Below, one piece after another: positions 14,570-27,967 of a DNA stretch of 64,000 nucleotides. The stretch's first letter is position 1. Every line of letters begins with the position of its first letter. This DNA comes from Macrostomum lignano (Eukaryota), in the NCBI GenBank assembly GCA_002269645.1, contig NIVC01003458.1:32780-96779 (forward strand), given 5' to 3'. The notes beneath the pieces are model-generated. The model was given only the letters and a program-made list of their open reading frames with translations, made no database searches and was not told where the DNA came from. Position numbers and translations under genes: made by a program.

Positions 14570-15705
14570 CATTGGTGCACACTGGACCATAGAATCTATG
14601 TAGCATTAGTGCACACTGGACCATAGAATCTATGTAGCATTAGTGCACACTGGATAATAGAATCTATGTAGCATTGGTGTACACTGGACCATAGAATCTA
14701 TGTAGCATTGGTGTACACTGGACCATAGAATCTGTGTAGCATTGGTGCACACTGGACCATAGAATCTGTGTAGCATTGGTGCACACTGGACCATAGAATC
14801 TGTGTAGCATTGGTGCACACTGGACCATAGAATCTGTGTAGCATTGGTGCACACTGGACCATAGAATCTGTGTAGCATTGGTGCACACTGGACCATAGAA
14901 TCTGTGTAGCATTGGTGCACACTGGACCATAGAATCTGTGTAGCATTGGTGCACACTGGACCATAGAATCTATGTAGCATTGATGCACACTGGACCATAG
15001 AATCTGTGTAGCATTAGTGCACACTGGACCATAGAATCTATGTAGCATTAGTGCACACTGGACCATAGAATCTATGTAGCATTAGTGCACACTGGACCAT
15101 AGAATCTGTGTAGCATTAGTGCACACTGGACCATAGAATCTATGTAGCATTGGTGCACACTGGACCATAGAATCTGTGTAGCATTGGTGTACACTGGACC
15201 ATAGAATCTGTGTAGCATTGGTGTACACTGGACCATAGAATCTGTGTAGCATTGGTGCACACTGGACCATAGAATCTGTGTAGCATTGGTGTACACTGGA
15301 CCATAGAATCTGTGTAGCATTGGTGCACACTGGACCTTAGAAGCTCTGTAGCATTGGTGTACACTGGACCATAGAAGCTCTGTAGCATTGGTGTACACTT
15401 GACCATAGAAGCTCTGTAGCATTGGTGCACACTGGACCTTAGAAGCTCTGTAGCATTGGTGTACACTTGACCATAGAAGCTCTGTAGCATTGGAGCACAG
15501 TGGACCATAGAAGCTCTGTAGCATTGGTGTACACTTGACCATAGAAGCTCTGTAGCATTGGAGCACAGTGGACCATAGAAGCTCTGTAGCATTGGTGCAC
15601 ACTGGACCATAGAATCTGTGTAGCATTGGAGCACAGTGGACCATAGAAGCTCTGTAGCATTGGTGTACACTGGACCATAGAAGCTCTGTAGCAATAGTGC
15701 ACACT
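14570..15705. repeat. 34-bp minisatellite (GTAGCATTGGTGCACACTGGACCATAGAATCTGT)n with a variant block at the right
   Basis: Direct reading; 34-aa periodic ORFs on -. Confidence 0.97.
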
Positions 15706-15908
15706 GCTTTAGAAAGACTCCGTATTTAGTGTGCAATGCCGCTTTAAGGGCTTCTGCCTCACAGCAACTCCTTAGATACCTTTCGCATAGATATGCAGCT
15801 CTTATTAAGCTCATTACCGAAGTCTCATTCATTCAGCGGAAATTGGCATCTAAAATCCCTGAGCTTGAATGGAAACTCGCCCCCTCCACCCCACAATTTT
15901 ATTGCCAG

Positions 15909-16021
15909 GTACGCAACGGCCACTGGGATTTCTCCGACACCCTGTGCGACCTGTGGATTATGTGTGACGCATTATTCAGCACGGCCTCAATTCTCAACTT
16001 AGTGGCCATCAGCATTGACAG
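15909..16021 (+). CDS. DRD2: D2-like dopamine receptor exon 2 (ECL1, TM3)
   Basis: Acceptor TTGCCAG at 15908; VRNGHWDFSDTLCDLWIMCDALFSTASILNLVAISID; donor AG|GTAAGG at 16022. Confidence 0.92.
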
Positions 16022-16584
16022 GTAAGGCATGCATATAATAGCGGTCAATATTTACCACTGGTTCAATTACTCTTGCTGGCCGAGATCAGTAGTACGGGTT
16101 ATTTATTAACGCATTGCTGAGGCAAAGCTGGCCAGACGGTTTCCAGTCATTATTCATGCCTCACTGGGGCGGCCATAATGAAGGCGTGTCAAGACGGCTA
16201 CAATTTGAGTCAACAACTTGGCGATTTTCCCATCCTGTTCCCCTCGGATAGGTAATCCCAGCGGTCGGGGGGAACACCTGCTGGCTTTGTAGATTAGATA
16301 AGGAGATGATGCAGTTAGCCTGGCTGCCCAAATTGGTCTCTGGATGTTTGCCAAGCTGATTTTTTGTTAATTATTTGCAAACAGCGGGATTAGTGTGACT
16401 TCCCCGATGAGCATTGGGGCTCCGGCCGGAGAAGCTTTGCAATTGGGATTCGTGCATCTGACAGGGCTCCGGGCGTGTGTTGAAGGGGCTTGTTGGACAA
16501 ATCCTCATCTGCATTCGAATCTGCCATGTTTTGAGTCTGGCTTCGCATGCGTACGAGGGGATGTTGCTGCTCACGGTTCTGGAG

Positions 16585-17185
16585 TACAAGGATGTAGTAG
16601 GTTTGCAAGGATGTGGTAGATTTGCAAGGATGTGGTAGGTTTGCAAGAATGTGGTAGGTTTACAAGGATGTGATAGGTTTGTAAGGATGTGGTAGGTTTG
16701 CAAGAATGTGGTAGGTTTACAAGGATGTGGTAGGTTTACAAGGATGTGATAGGTTTGTAAGGATGTGGTAGGTTTGCAAGAATGTGGTAGGTTTACAAGG
16801 ATGTGGTAGGTTTGCAAGAATGTGGTAGGTTTAAAAGGATGTGGTAGGTTTGTAAGGATGTGGTAGGTTTACAAGGATGTGGTAAGGTTTGCAAGAATGT
16901 GGTAGGTTTAAAAGGATGTGGTAGGTTTGTAAGGATGTAGTAGGTTTACAAGGATGTGGTAGGTTTACAAGGATGTAGTAGGTTTACAAGGATGTGGTAG
17001 GTTTACAAGGATGTGGTAGGTTTACAAGGATGTGGTAGGTTTACAAGGATGTGGTAGGTTTACAAGGATGTGGTAGGTTTACAAGGATGTGGTAGGTTTA
17101 CAAGGATGTGGTAGGTTTACAAGGATGTGGTAGGTTTACAAGGATGTGGTAGGTTTGCAAGGATATAGTAGGTTCAGAAGGGTGA
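16585..17185. repeat. 19-bp minisatellite (GGATGTGGTAGGTTTACAA)n
   Basis: Direct reading. Confidence 0.95.
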
Positions 17186-17924
17186 AGTAGGTTCACAATT
17201 TTGTAGGTACAATTTTGTAAGTGTACAAGCAATATAGTTGTAAAATGGTGCAAGTGTAAAATGATATAGTTGTAAACTTTTGAGAGAATATGGTTCATGT
17301 GCTCAGAGTATTTACTTAAGAACTCCAGTAGTGGTCATAAAATCGGAGTAAGGGCTCCGCGCCGTCTGCACCACCCCCTGGGCTTGACAGAAGCAGAGGA
17401 AATAAATGCTGGCCTACACGAGTGCGGGAGACCAGACCCGATCGATACCTCATCTTTTTTTCTACTCAACCGCTTCAACTTCATCCGATCCAATCCGCGG
17501 TAGGCAATAGGCAGGCCCAAGCTTTTAAATGGCAACTTTTTGGATGGACAGAGCGTCATTAATTTGACCTTACCTTAAGCTTTCGCCCGCTTTACCTTCG
17601 CTTTTGCCTTCCGGCACTAATTTCGCATTTATGGGATTTCACCGTGGCAGCGTCGGGGGGGGGTGAGCCAATTAAAAACGCTTCAGCTCCTCTCTCGCTT
17701 CTCATCCCCATCAGTGCGCGGGTGTTACAGTGAGTCAGCTTGTGTGGAGTCCTACTGCCAGATCCCCTTTCTGCACTGCCCCCCCCCCCCTAGCAACAGG
17801 CTGCTAATCCCAGCCAGGGTGAATGGTCTGCTTTGGGAAAGCAAAAACTTTTTTGTGCTGCTGCGAGTCGGCGCGTCCTGGGCGACGGGCAGACGGGCAG
17901 TGAACTCAATCAGCTATTAATTTA

Positions 17925-18178
17925 CTCGTAAACTCACTAACTCAGGGTAAACTCACTTATGAACTCACTCATGAACTCACTCATGAACTCACTCATGAAC
18001 TCACTCATGAACTCACTCATGAACTCACTCATGAACTCACTCATGAACTCACTCATGAACTCACTCATGAACTCACTCATGAATTCACTCATGAACTCAC
18101 TGATGAACTCACTCATGAATTCACTCATGAACTCACTCATGAACTCACTCATAAACTCACTCATGAACTCACTAATAA
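17925..18178. repeat. 12-bp minisatellite (AACTCACTCATG)n, reverse complement of the 3555..4197 array
   Basis: Direct reading. Confidence 0.95.
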
Positions 18179-18471
18179 GCTCAGAATAAAATTCTTAATG
18201 CCCGAGAAGGCAGCTGAGAGAGTCCAATAGAGCATGAGCTCCAGCTTCACAGGCAAGTTGTTTATCAGTTTTTCACCCTCACTCGGTGGCTGTTGAGTTG
18301 GTTTAGAAATTTTAATCCTCCGCACGACTTTGACTCGAACGGGAGCTAGCCTGAATACTCTCCTTGTTGCTGTTGAAATTGTTGACACTCGCTTCTCAAT
18401 CTGAGATGCACAAACTCTTTAACAAGGAGTGTCATGATGAGGCTAAAGGTCAGGCCTCCAGGTGAGAAAAA

Positions 18472-18600
18472 GGGCTCAAGGTCAACTGTGCTCATGGTGA
18501 GACTAGAGGCTCAAGGTCAACTGTGCTCATGGTGAGACTAGAGGCTCAAGGTCAACTGTGCTCATGGTGAGACTAGAGGCTCAAGGTCGACTGTGCTCAG
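18472..18600. repeat. 35-bp tandem repeat (GGCTCAAGGTCAACTGTGCTCATGGTGAGACTAGA), ~3.7 copies
   Basis: TCAAGGTCR recurs at 18476, 18511, 18546 and 18581. Confidence 0.92.
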
Positions 18601-18695
18601 GGTTGCTGAGAAATCTATATTTCAGGATCATTGTCAGCTGAATGCCATTCAAAACCCGAGCTCAGTACTCAAACGCGTCGCTGTCCCATTGGCAG

Positions 18696-19735
18696 GTTCA
18701 TCGCGGTCACGCAGCCCATCAAGTACGCCAAGCACAAGAACTCCAAGCGCACTCACGTGACCATCGCCGGAAGTTGGCTGTTGTCCATCGGCATCGCCCT
18801 GCCAATCGGCTGCGGCCTGCAGAATCTGCAGGGCGTCCGCTATCAGAAAAAATTTCGCAACGTCTGCACCTTTTTTAACGGCGACTTCCTGATCTACTCC
18901 AGCCTGGGCAGCTTCTACATCCCCTGCATAGTAATGCTGGTGCTGTACTATCGCATCTTCACCGTTATTCGGGCTCGAGCTAAGAAAGCGGCCGCGACTA
19001 GACGGGGCAAAGTCTACGAGAACGTCAAGGCCAGCGGCGGCAGCCGGCGGAAAAACCGCGGCGATGCCGAGCAGCAGCCACCAGACGGAGCCGGCGCCAC
19101 TGCCGGTCGAACCGACGAAGTCGCCATCGCATTGACTGAGCAAAAGAAGAGCACCGCCAAGAACAACAGCAGCAGCAAGAAGGATGGCGGAGGCGGAGGC
19201 GGGACGCCAGCGGTGCTGCTGGTGCGGGCGAACCCGAGCCGGCCGGACCGGCTGAGCGTCTCAGCGGTGTCCGCCCGGGACTGCCTGGCCTGTCGCACTG
19301 ACGGCATTTACACCGGGGAGGCGCCGATTCCGCACAGCTGCGGCCTCCATGGAGACTCCGGCGGTCACCATGGCAACCGGGCTGATTTCAAAGACAAGGG
19401 CGACCACGAAGCCGAAGGGGAAGACGAAGAAGGGGAAGAGGAGGAAGAGGAGGATTACGCCAACGACGCGGAGTCGCCGATGCCCCTGCGCGAGAGCCAG
19501 AACTTAGCTGGACCGTCCACTTCAGACAACAGCGGCACAGTTCAAGCGGCGGCGCCTGAGGCAGCGGCGGCGGTGGCGGCGTCGGCTCCGTCGAAAGCCT
19601 CCGAGCCAGTTGGCGGCAAGTCGCAGAAGCGCCTGTTCCAGCTGAAGCTGAAGAAGAAATCGAAGAAAAAGAAAAGCGACAGGTCGGCGGCGCGGCGGGA
19701 GAAGAAAGCGACAAAGACTCTGGCCATCGTGCTCG
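18696..19735 (+). CDS. DRD2: D2-like dopamine receptor exon 3 (ICL2, TM4, TM5, ICL3, start of TM6)
   Basis: Acceptor ATTGGCAG at 18695; RFIAVTQPIKY...YSSLGSFYIPC...RREKKATKTLAIVL; donor G|GTAGGG at 19736. Confidence 0.92.
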
Positions 19736-19824
19736 GTAGGGAGGCGCTTTTTCAATGTCGCTTGGGTTCGATTCCGTGCTCAGAAGCGTCGTGCAATTAA
19801 ATTGTCTGCTTAGGATTAGTTTTT

Positions 19825-20535
19825 TAGGTTAGGGTTATAGGGTTTAGGTTAGGGTTATAGAGTTTAGGTTAGGGTTATAGGGTTTAGGTTAGGGTTATAG
19901 GGTTTAGGTTAGGGTTATAGAGTTTAGGTTAGGGTTATAGGGTTTAGGTTAGGGTTATAGGGTTTAGGTTAGGGTTAGAGGGTTTAGGTTAGGGTTAGAG
20001 GGTTTAGGTTAGGGTTTTATAGTTTACGTTAGGGTTATAGGGTTTAGGTTAGGGTTTTAGGGTTTAGGTTAGGGTTTTACTTTTTAGGTTAGGGTTACTG
20101 CGTTTAGGTTAGGGTTTTAGGGTTTAGGTTAGGGTTTTACTTTTTAGGTTAGGGTTTTAGGGTTTAGGTTAGGGTTATAGGGTTTAGGTTAGGGTTATAG
20201 GGTTTAGGTTAGGGTTATAGGGTTTAGGTTAGGGTTATAGGGTTTAGGTTAGGGTTATAGGGTTTAGGTTAGGGTTATAGGGTTTAGGTTAGGGTTTTAG
20301 GGTTTAGGTTAGGGTTTTAGGGTTTAGGTTAGGGTTTTACTGTTTAGGTTAGGGTTATAGGGTTTAGGTTAGGGTTAGAGGGTTTAGGTTAGGGTTTTAT
20401 AGTTTACGTTAGGGTTATAGGGTTTAGGTTAGGGTTATAGGGTTTAGGTTAGGGTTATAGGGTTTAGGTTAGGGTTAGAGGGTTTAGGTTAGGGTTTTAC
20501 TGTTTAGGTTAGGGTTTTGGTTAGGGTTTAGGTCG
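19825..20535 (+). repeat. Interstitial telomere-like 20-bp repeat (TTAGGG TTATAGGG TTTAGG)n
   Basis: Each unit contains a canonical TTAGGG and two variants; lies in intron 3 of the receptor gene. Confidence 0.93.
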
Positions 20536-20589
20536 GGGCTATAGAGTTAGGGTACATGAGCTAGGGCGAAGGTTAGAGTTTAGGTTAGA

Positions 20590-20745
20590 TTAACACGAGG
20601 AGTGTGCATGCCTGACGATGGTTAGCCAGGGCCGCTGCACCCCCTGTGTGAGCGTGCGCCTGTTTACTCACGGGTCAGCGGGATGTGCATGTCTGCTTGC
20701 CACATCGACTGTCGCTTTTTTGTCGATTTTTTTTGCAGCTGAACC
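20590..20745 (+). repeat. Dispersed repeat family (..CATGCCTGACGAT..CAGGGCCG..CCCTGTGTGAGCGTG..GTCAGCGG..CTGCTTG)
   Basis: Diverged copies at ~50675..50860 and ~52090..52260, same orientation. Confidence 0.65.
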
Positions 20746-20849
20746 TTAATTTTCATATAGACTTAAATAACCCCTGAGACTTGTGCTCGGAAACATCACA
20801 ACATAGCAGCACAGAACAGCTACAAACCAACTCTCCTCCTCACCTGCAG

Positions 20850-21082
20850 GCGTCTTCCTGCTCTGCTGGCTGCCATTTTTCATCACGAATTTGATGTGGG
20901 CGGCCTGCCTGAAGAAGATGAGCAACGGCTCCAGCATCGGCCCCATCTGCCGCTACGACAGGCGCATCAACGTGTTCATAGTCTGGCTCGGCTACGTGAA
21001 CAGCTTCATGAACCCGCTTATTTACACTATTTTTAACACCGAGTTTAGGAAGGCCTTCAAAAAGATTTTGCGCATCAAATAA
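20850..21082 (+). CDS. DRD2: D2-like dopamine receptor exon 4 (TM6, TM7, helix 8, stop)
   Basis: Acceptor CACCTGCAG at 20849; [11 protein letters not shown]...[35 protein letters not shown] at 21080-21082. Confidence 0.92.
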
Positions 21083-21351
21083 ATTTGAGACTGTGAGCGC
21101 ATGAAATGCTAGCCGGCCGTTAGACTTCATCGTTGAGATGCCCCCCCCCCATTAATGACTCACCAAATTGGTCGCACCGTTTGCCCAGTGTGTATTATAT
21201 ATATAAATATAAAATATGCATCGATTTTTCTGGCACAGTTTGAAAAAAATACATATAACTTATTTAGCTGGGTCCGCTCAGCTGACTTGCTGCATCTGTC
21301 AAGCATTGATGCGATTGATAATCTATGATTTATGGCTCTGTTGATGGAGTC

Positions 21352-22080
<729 letters not shown>

Positions 22081-23623
22081 AAATGGCTAACTAAACAACA
22101 TGATGCACTGACAATCGAGAGTGCACTCTGAAAGACTCTTTGATTAAGAAGGAAAGGTTACAAAAGACGAACAGATGGCTCGAACAGGCAACTGAGAGAG
22201 CTTCGAAACCACAGAGAAATGCAGTTCTCAAACATCCCGTTCTCTCTAACGCAGCAGCCTCGGTAAGCCTTGCTGTTTTCGCCCGCTGTTAAGATGAAAG
22301 CGGGGCAAAAACATCTCAATGACAAGGTTGATATGGCGAATTTACTGCGTGCCGTCTAGGCTAATTTGATCTTAATCACAGATTTAATGCGTTTTTTGTG
22401 ATCATGCAATGTCGAAGGTTTGCTACGAAATGCATATTGCAAAATGCATAAAATCATTGTAGCTATTATAGAATAAGTTTTATAAGGTCAAGGACTATTG
22501 AAAATTAATTGTTTTACACTCTAAATTATGTGCATTAGAAGCAGAAACTGTCATGATTATTGATTGATTGTTGAGGCTGCAACACCTGTCATTTTGAGAG
22601 ACTCTGGGAAATGTAAGATTTGTTGGCAGGAGTAAATTGTCGTACCCTCTGCTTGCTTCTTATTGGCTGCTTGGCCACTAAAAAACCAGCACTGTAAGCT
22701 GTACAATGCCTCTGTGTACATCAAGACTCCTTCCCCTTGTATTGGCTTCTTATTGGCTGACTATTGGCTGGCTGCTTCTTATTTAGCCATCACCTCACTG
22801 TACAGTGCCTAGCGGTGTACGTACATTTAAATTCCGTCCCCTGCTTATTTCTCATTGGCTGGTCAACTTTGAGCATGACATATGGCCGTCAAAATGATCC
22901 GTTGTCGCTTTTGAATAACTCAGTTCAGTTGAATTGGCAAATAGCTAAAAATAACCTTCGATTTTATTTAGATTTCTCGAATTTCATCTGAATAAAACTG
23001 TATCCATATATAGTAATTCGATGGATTCAACAAGCATACAATATCTCATTCGATTCGTCAAGCATCAAGTAGCAATTACGAGCGTAGACCTGCCGTTTTG
23101 TTTACTGCTTTAGTCCCAGGAATTTTCTCCAAAAAAATTTCAATCAACTGCCGCTAATCCTCTACAGCTCTCTCGTTCCCATCGAGACAGAGCGCTTCCC
23201 TCACACCTCTTGTTTATTCGATGATTGCTTCCTTGCAAGATTTAATGGCCCGCATAACATTTCTATCTCACAGTTGCGCTGAAGACAATAAAAGCTCAGA
23301 AATTTGAGAATGGTTGGAAACAGTTGCAGAATAGGAAGCATTGTATCGGGGGGAGCCCGTTGCCGTTGTACGGAAATGGCACGAAGCTTTATTGCTCAGA
23401 GATCCGATGTTGTATTGGAAACGATTTTGAGATTTTTTACATTAGGGCTGTAGCAGCGTGCCAGAGTTGAATCAGTGTGGAATAAGAGGCAGTTTTCAAT
23501 CTTCGAAAATTCTTTTCAAAAGGCCTTCCCTGAATTGCTGTATTTGCTACCCCTTTTGAGAAGCACACTTTCTATATCGAATAGAGGACGAAAACAATAG
23601 AAAAAAAACATACCCTATTCAGA

Positions 23624-24339
<716 letters not shown>

Positions 24340-24640
24340 CAGACAAGGCATACAACTGCAGACAGCTGTTACGCACAGTGATTAAACATTCTGAGTAGAA
24401 TCAAGCAACTAATTCCAAGTGTCACCGGCACTCAGGGGAGCCGCAGTGGGGGTTGCTACAGTTGCTGCAGTTTTAGCGAGAAAATTTTTTTTGCCTGTAA
24501 ACGCGATTTGCATTTCTGGGTCAGGCTGAGTTCTCTCTTGTATTTTAATGAACAACAGTTGAAGAAAACGGGGCACGCTTTGGTCTGTTAGTGAAATTGG
24601 CGGCAAGATCACTCACTGTTAACTTTGTTTCACCACATTC

Positions 24641-24846
24641 TCACTGCAGCTTCTGCGGCTGCGACTGTCTCAGGCCGGCCTTGGCCGCTCGTTCGGCGTC
24701 CCAGCGCATGGCCAGCAGCTGCACCGGGGCGCACAGGAACAGCGTCAGGCCCGAGGACAGCCAGAACCAGAATGCAAATGATGGATAGCCAGTCTGGTAG
24801 TCGGACCATATTAGGTAGAGAATCCAGGTGAGTAGATAGGATCCAC
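24641..24846 (-). CDS. Claudin-like tetraspan exon 3 (TM3 end, ECL2, TM4, tail)
   Basis: Acceptor CCAACTCCAG; GGSYLLTWILYLIWSDYQTGYPSFAFWFWLSSGLTLFLCAPVQLLAMRWDAERAAKAGLRQSQPQKLQ then TGA. Confidence 0.78.
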
Positions 24847-24947
24847 CTGGAGTTGGAATGGTTACCGCCGTAGGGAATCGGTGCAAAATTATATTGTTGA
24901 CTTTTTGTACACTTTTTATTGTGAGGAGTTAAGAATGACCTGGGTTT

Positions 24948-25230
24948 TGGGGTGTTGGCCGAGGGACTGGGGTTTATGGGGTGTTGGCTGAGGGACTGGG
25001 GTTTATGGGGTGTTGGCTGAGGGACTGGGGTTTATGGGGTGTTGGCTGAGGGACTGGGGTTTATGGGGTGTTGGCTGAGGGACTGGGGTTTATGGGGTGT
25101 TGGCTGAGGGACTGGGGTTTATGGGGTGTTGGCTGAGGGACTGGGGTTTATGGGGTGTTGGCTGAGGGACTGGGGTTTATGGGGTGTTGGCTGAGGGACT
25201 GGGGTTTATGGGGTGTTGGCTGAGGGACTA
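24948..25230. repeat. 29-bp G-rich minisatellite (GAGGGACTGGGGTTTATGGGGTGTTGGCT)n
   Basis: Direct reading, ~9-10 copies. Confidence 0.95.
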
Positions 25231-25856
25231 ATAGTAAATATAGAATGCTTCATGGCGAAAATAAAGCGGATTATTTTATCTCCTAAACTGCAATCTAGCG
25301 TCCTATTAGCCTACTCAAACTCTAAGCCAGCAGGTCATAGAAGTTTTCATTCAAATGGGGTCAGTGTAATGCAAATAAAATTTTCTCATGGCTTCATCTG
25401 GACCCATGCACCCTCCGATCGCAGCCTCTCTCTTTGCAGGCAATAGCTATATTTTTCTTATTCTTTTGGCAGAATTTGTCATCGTTGTCCTGTAATAAGC
25501 TCAAAATCCTAATAGTTTAAACTCCAATTACTCTCATGACAGCTGTTCCAGAAACTGGGACAGTTAGCACTGAGTAGATCCCCGATTTATTTTCTTTAGG
25601 ATTCTCAAGTGGAACACACATCACTATTAATAGCTATAATTTCATTTTTATGAATGACTAGACAGTCTAACTTTCAGTCCGACTTTGTCAGCTGTGCTAA
25701 ATGCAATTTATGATCGACTTGAACTACTGAAGTGAGTGGCAACTGAAGAGTTTCTAAGAAAAAAAGTTCATACACAAGAATCACGGATAATTAAAGTGAA
25801 AGGGCGCTACACTAGCGTATCTTTTCGTGCGAAATGCATTAGCTGGATTATTTACT

Positions 25857-26865
25857 GCCGAGATTCTCCCACCGAGATTCTCCCACCGAGATTCACCTGC
25901 CGAGATTCTCCTGCCGAGATTCTCCCACCGATATTCTCCCACCGAGATTCACCTGCCGAGATTCTCCTGCCGAGATTCCCCTGCCGAGATTCACCTGCCG
26001 AGATTCTCCCACCGAAATTCTCCCACCGAGATTCCCCTGCCGAGATTCCCCTGCCGAGATTCCCTTGCCGAGATTCCCCTGCCGAGATTCTCCCACCGAG
26101 ATTCTCCCACCGAGATTCTCCCACCGAGATTCACCTGCCGAGATTCTCCCACCGAGATTCTCCCACTGAGATTCTCCCACCGAGATTCTCCCACCGAGAT
26201 TCTCCCACCGAGATTCTCCCACCGAGATTCTCCCACCGAGATTCTCCCACCGAGATTCTCCCACCGAGATTCTCCCACCGAGATTCTCCCACCGAGATTC
26301 CCCTGCCGAGATTCTCTTGCCGAGATTCTTCTGCCGAGATTCCCCTGCCGAGATTCTCTTGCCGAGATTCTCCCACCGAGATTCACCTGCCGAGATTCTC
26401 CCACCGAGATTCCCCTGCCGAGATTCTCCCACCGAGATTCTCCCACCGAGATTCTCCCACCGTGATTCTCCCACCGAGATTCCCCTGCCGAGATTCTCCC
26501 ACCGAGATTCTCCCACCGAGATTCTCCCACCGAGATTCTCCCACCGAGATTCTCCCACCGAGATTCTCCCACCGAGATTCTCCCACCGAGATTCTCCCAC
26601 CGAGATTCTCCCACCGAGATTCTCCCACCGAGATTCTCCCACCGAGATTCTCCCACCGAGATTCTCCCACCGAGATTCCCCTGCCGAGATTCTCTCACCG
26701 AGATTCTCCCACCGAGATTCCCCTGCCGAGATTCTCTTGCCGAGATTCTTCTGCCGAGATTCCCCTGCCGAGATTCACCTGCCGAGATTCTCCCACCGAG
26801 ATTCACCTGCCGAGATTCTCCCACCGAGATTCACCTGCCGAAATTCCCCTGACGAGATTCTTCCG
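25857..26865. repeat. Mixed 14/15-bp minisatellite (CCGAGATTCTCCCA / CCGAGATTCCCCTG-type units)
   Basis: Direct reading. Confidence 0.95.
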
Positions 26866-26891
26866 CAATCGGGGCTGCTTTACGAGCTAGA

Positions 26892-27007
26892 TGGGAAGTT
26901 TTCAGTTTTTCAGCACTGAATTCCCAATTTCTCACCTGCTGGACTTCCAAATTGCAAATGCAGCCAGCAGGCATTTTGTCCGAGCTGCTCTCAAAAGTTT
27001 ATCAGCT
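26892..27007 (+). repeat. Dispersed repeat copy (matches 981..1096)
   Basis: Direct visual alignment, ~115 bp. Confidence 0.85.
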
Positions 27008-27633
27008 TTCAGCTTAGAAAATTATTTGAAGGCTGAGTTTTGCAGTACATGAGGGACTGAGAGACGCAATAATAGAGATCGTTTTTAAGACAGAACGAAT
27101 GTTCTCATATTAGTAACACTCACAGATACTAGAAGAACTAGATGGGCCACTCAGCACATTTGCGTGCAAGCTACTTTCAGTTCAGTAGTAGGTTAAACAG
27201 AAGCATTTTAATGTATTCTTAAGCCAAGGCTCATTTATTGGCTCTTATACCCCCAGCTTAAACCCTCCAACCGCGCCTTTTCACACTACCCCCCGCCCCA
27301 CCCCAATTTTTGATTTTCTCGGAATTCCAGGCTAAAGATGCCATGTATATTTCAGTGGACTGGCTAATGTACATTATTGCTGAACCAATTAGCAAGCTGT
27401 TTACGCCTGCAAGCTTGGGCTTCTAAACTTATCAAAGTCATTTCAGCTGGCTTTATTTTTTAAAAATAGCTTATGCATTCTTCTTTGCTACTGAACTGAA
27501 AGTAGAAAGCTGTTTTAATAAGTATATATGCCTGAATAGTGGCCCATCTAGTTATTTTAGTATCTGTGGTAAAACCTGCCTGTTTTATTGCTGTACTGAG
27601 TGTCGGGCTAATTTGTTTAACAATTTTACATAC

Positions 27634-27783
27634 CTGCAGCGATAAACAGAGCAAAAATGGTCATCATGAGCTGCTTGTTGAGCTTTAGCCGGGGCACCAG
27701 CAGCTCCAGCAGGACCGCCAGCAGGACCGCCAGCAGCAGCAGCAGCGAGAGGACAATTAGTAGCAGCACAATCACTGCGAAAG
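27634..27783 (-). CDS. Claudin-like tetraspan exon 2 (TM2, loop, start of TM3); not in the ORF track
   Basis: Pyrimidine-rich acceptor ...CATCAG (alternative in-frame AG 9 nt downstream, giving start 27774); AFAVIVLLLIVLSLLLLLAVLLAVLLELLVPRLKLNKQLMMTIFALFIAA; donor G|GTATGT. 150 nt, phase 1-1. Confidence 0.72.
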
Positions 27784-27967
27784 CTGATGGCGATGCAAGA
27801 GAGCGAGGCTTGAATTACTACTGCTAGTCAAGTATGAGTAGCAGTGGATGCACGTTTTTATCGTTTTTAAAATGCAGATACAAAGCAAACTTTAAAAAAT
27901 AAAGATAAGAAACTACGAGTATATGTTCACTGAGAATTGTTGAAGGTTTCATGAAGCAGGAGACCAC

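Noticed and set aside
8948-15705. CRISPR-like appearance of the 34-40-bp repeats
   Set aside because: The units are head-to-tail with no unique spacers, there are no cas genes, and the context is a eukaryotic intron.
18631-19800. 389-aa ORF as a stand-alone gene
   Set aside because: It is exon 3 of the receptor plus intronic read-through at both ends.
19825-20535. A true chromosome end
   Set aside because: The array is a degenerate 20-mer inside an intact gene, with unique sequence on both sides.
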